Positions 63,961 to 64,000 of a stretch of 64,000 nucleotides of DNA are shown here, one piece after another; positions within the stretch are counted from its first letter, which is position 1; each line of letters starts with the position of its first letter. The stretch is from Octopus sinensis (taxonomy: Eukaryota): assembly GCF_006345805.1 (NCBI RefSeq), contig NC_042997.1, positions 165,416,001-165,480,000 on the forward strand. Reading direction: 5' to 3'. Made by a program: the position numbers and the translations under genes. The notes beneath the pieces are model-generated. The model made no database searches. It saw nothing but the letters and a program-made list of their open reading frames with translations, and was not told the origin of the DNA.

Positions 63961-64000
63961 ATCTTGGCCGACTCCAGAAACATCTGGCAAAACTCATACC

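Overview
Eukaryotic, AT-rich genomic DNA, very probably octopus/cephalopod, judged from the SINE families, dense (TA/CA/TACA/TAA/GAA)n microsatellites and the one host gene. That gene is a + strand, 9-coding-exon SEC14/CRAL-TRIO + GOLD gene that closely matches my recollection of squid retinal-binding protein (RALBP). Its CDS spans 29100-53832 (about 347 aa), with a 1-nt phase error at the end of exon 8. Positions 1-22 kb are a nested transposon graveyard: R4/Dong-type restriction-endonuclease LINEs lined up in (TAA)n tracts, a mariner, a Helitron relic, and a young CR1 inserted into a Penelope relic. The RALBP introns hold two credible hammerhead ribozyme motifs, one with the compensatory U3:A8 core and lying inside a 26-bp inverted-repeat unit. 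They also hold several long inverted repeats (nested Helitron palindrome, templated inversion, 45-bp hairpin) and a 969-bp tandem duplication. Family names and homologies are recalled from motifs, not from database searches, and repeat boundaries are approximate.
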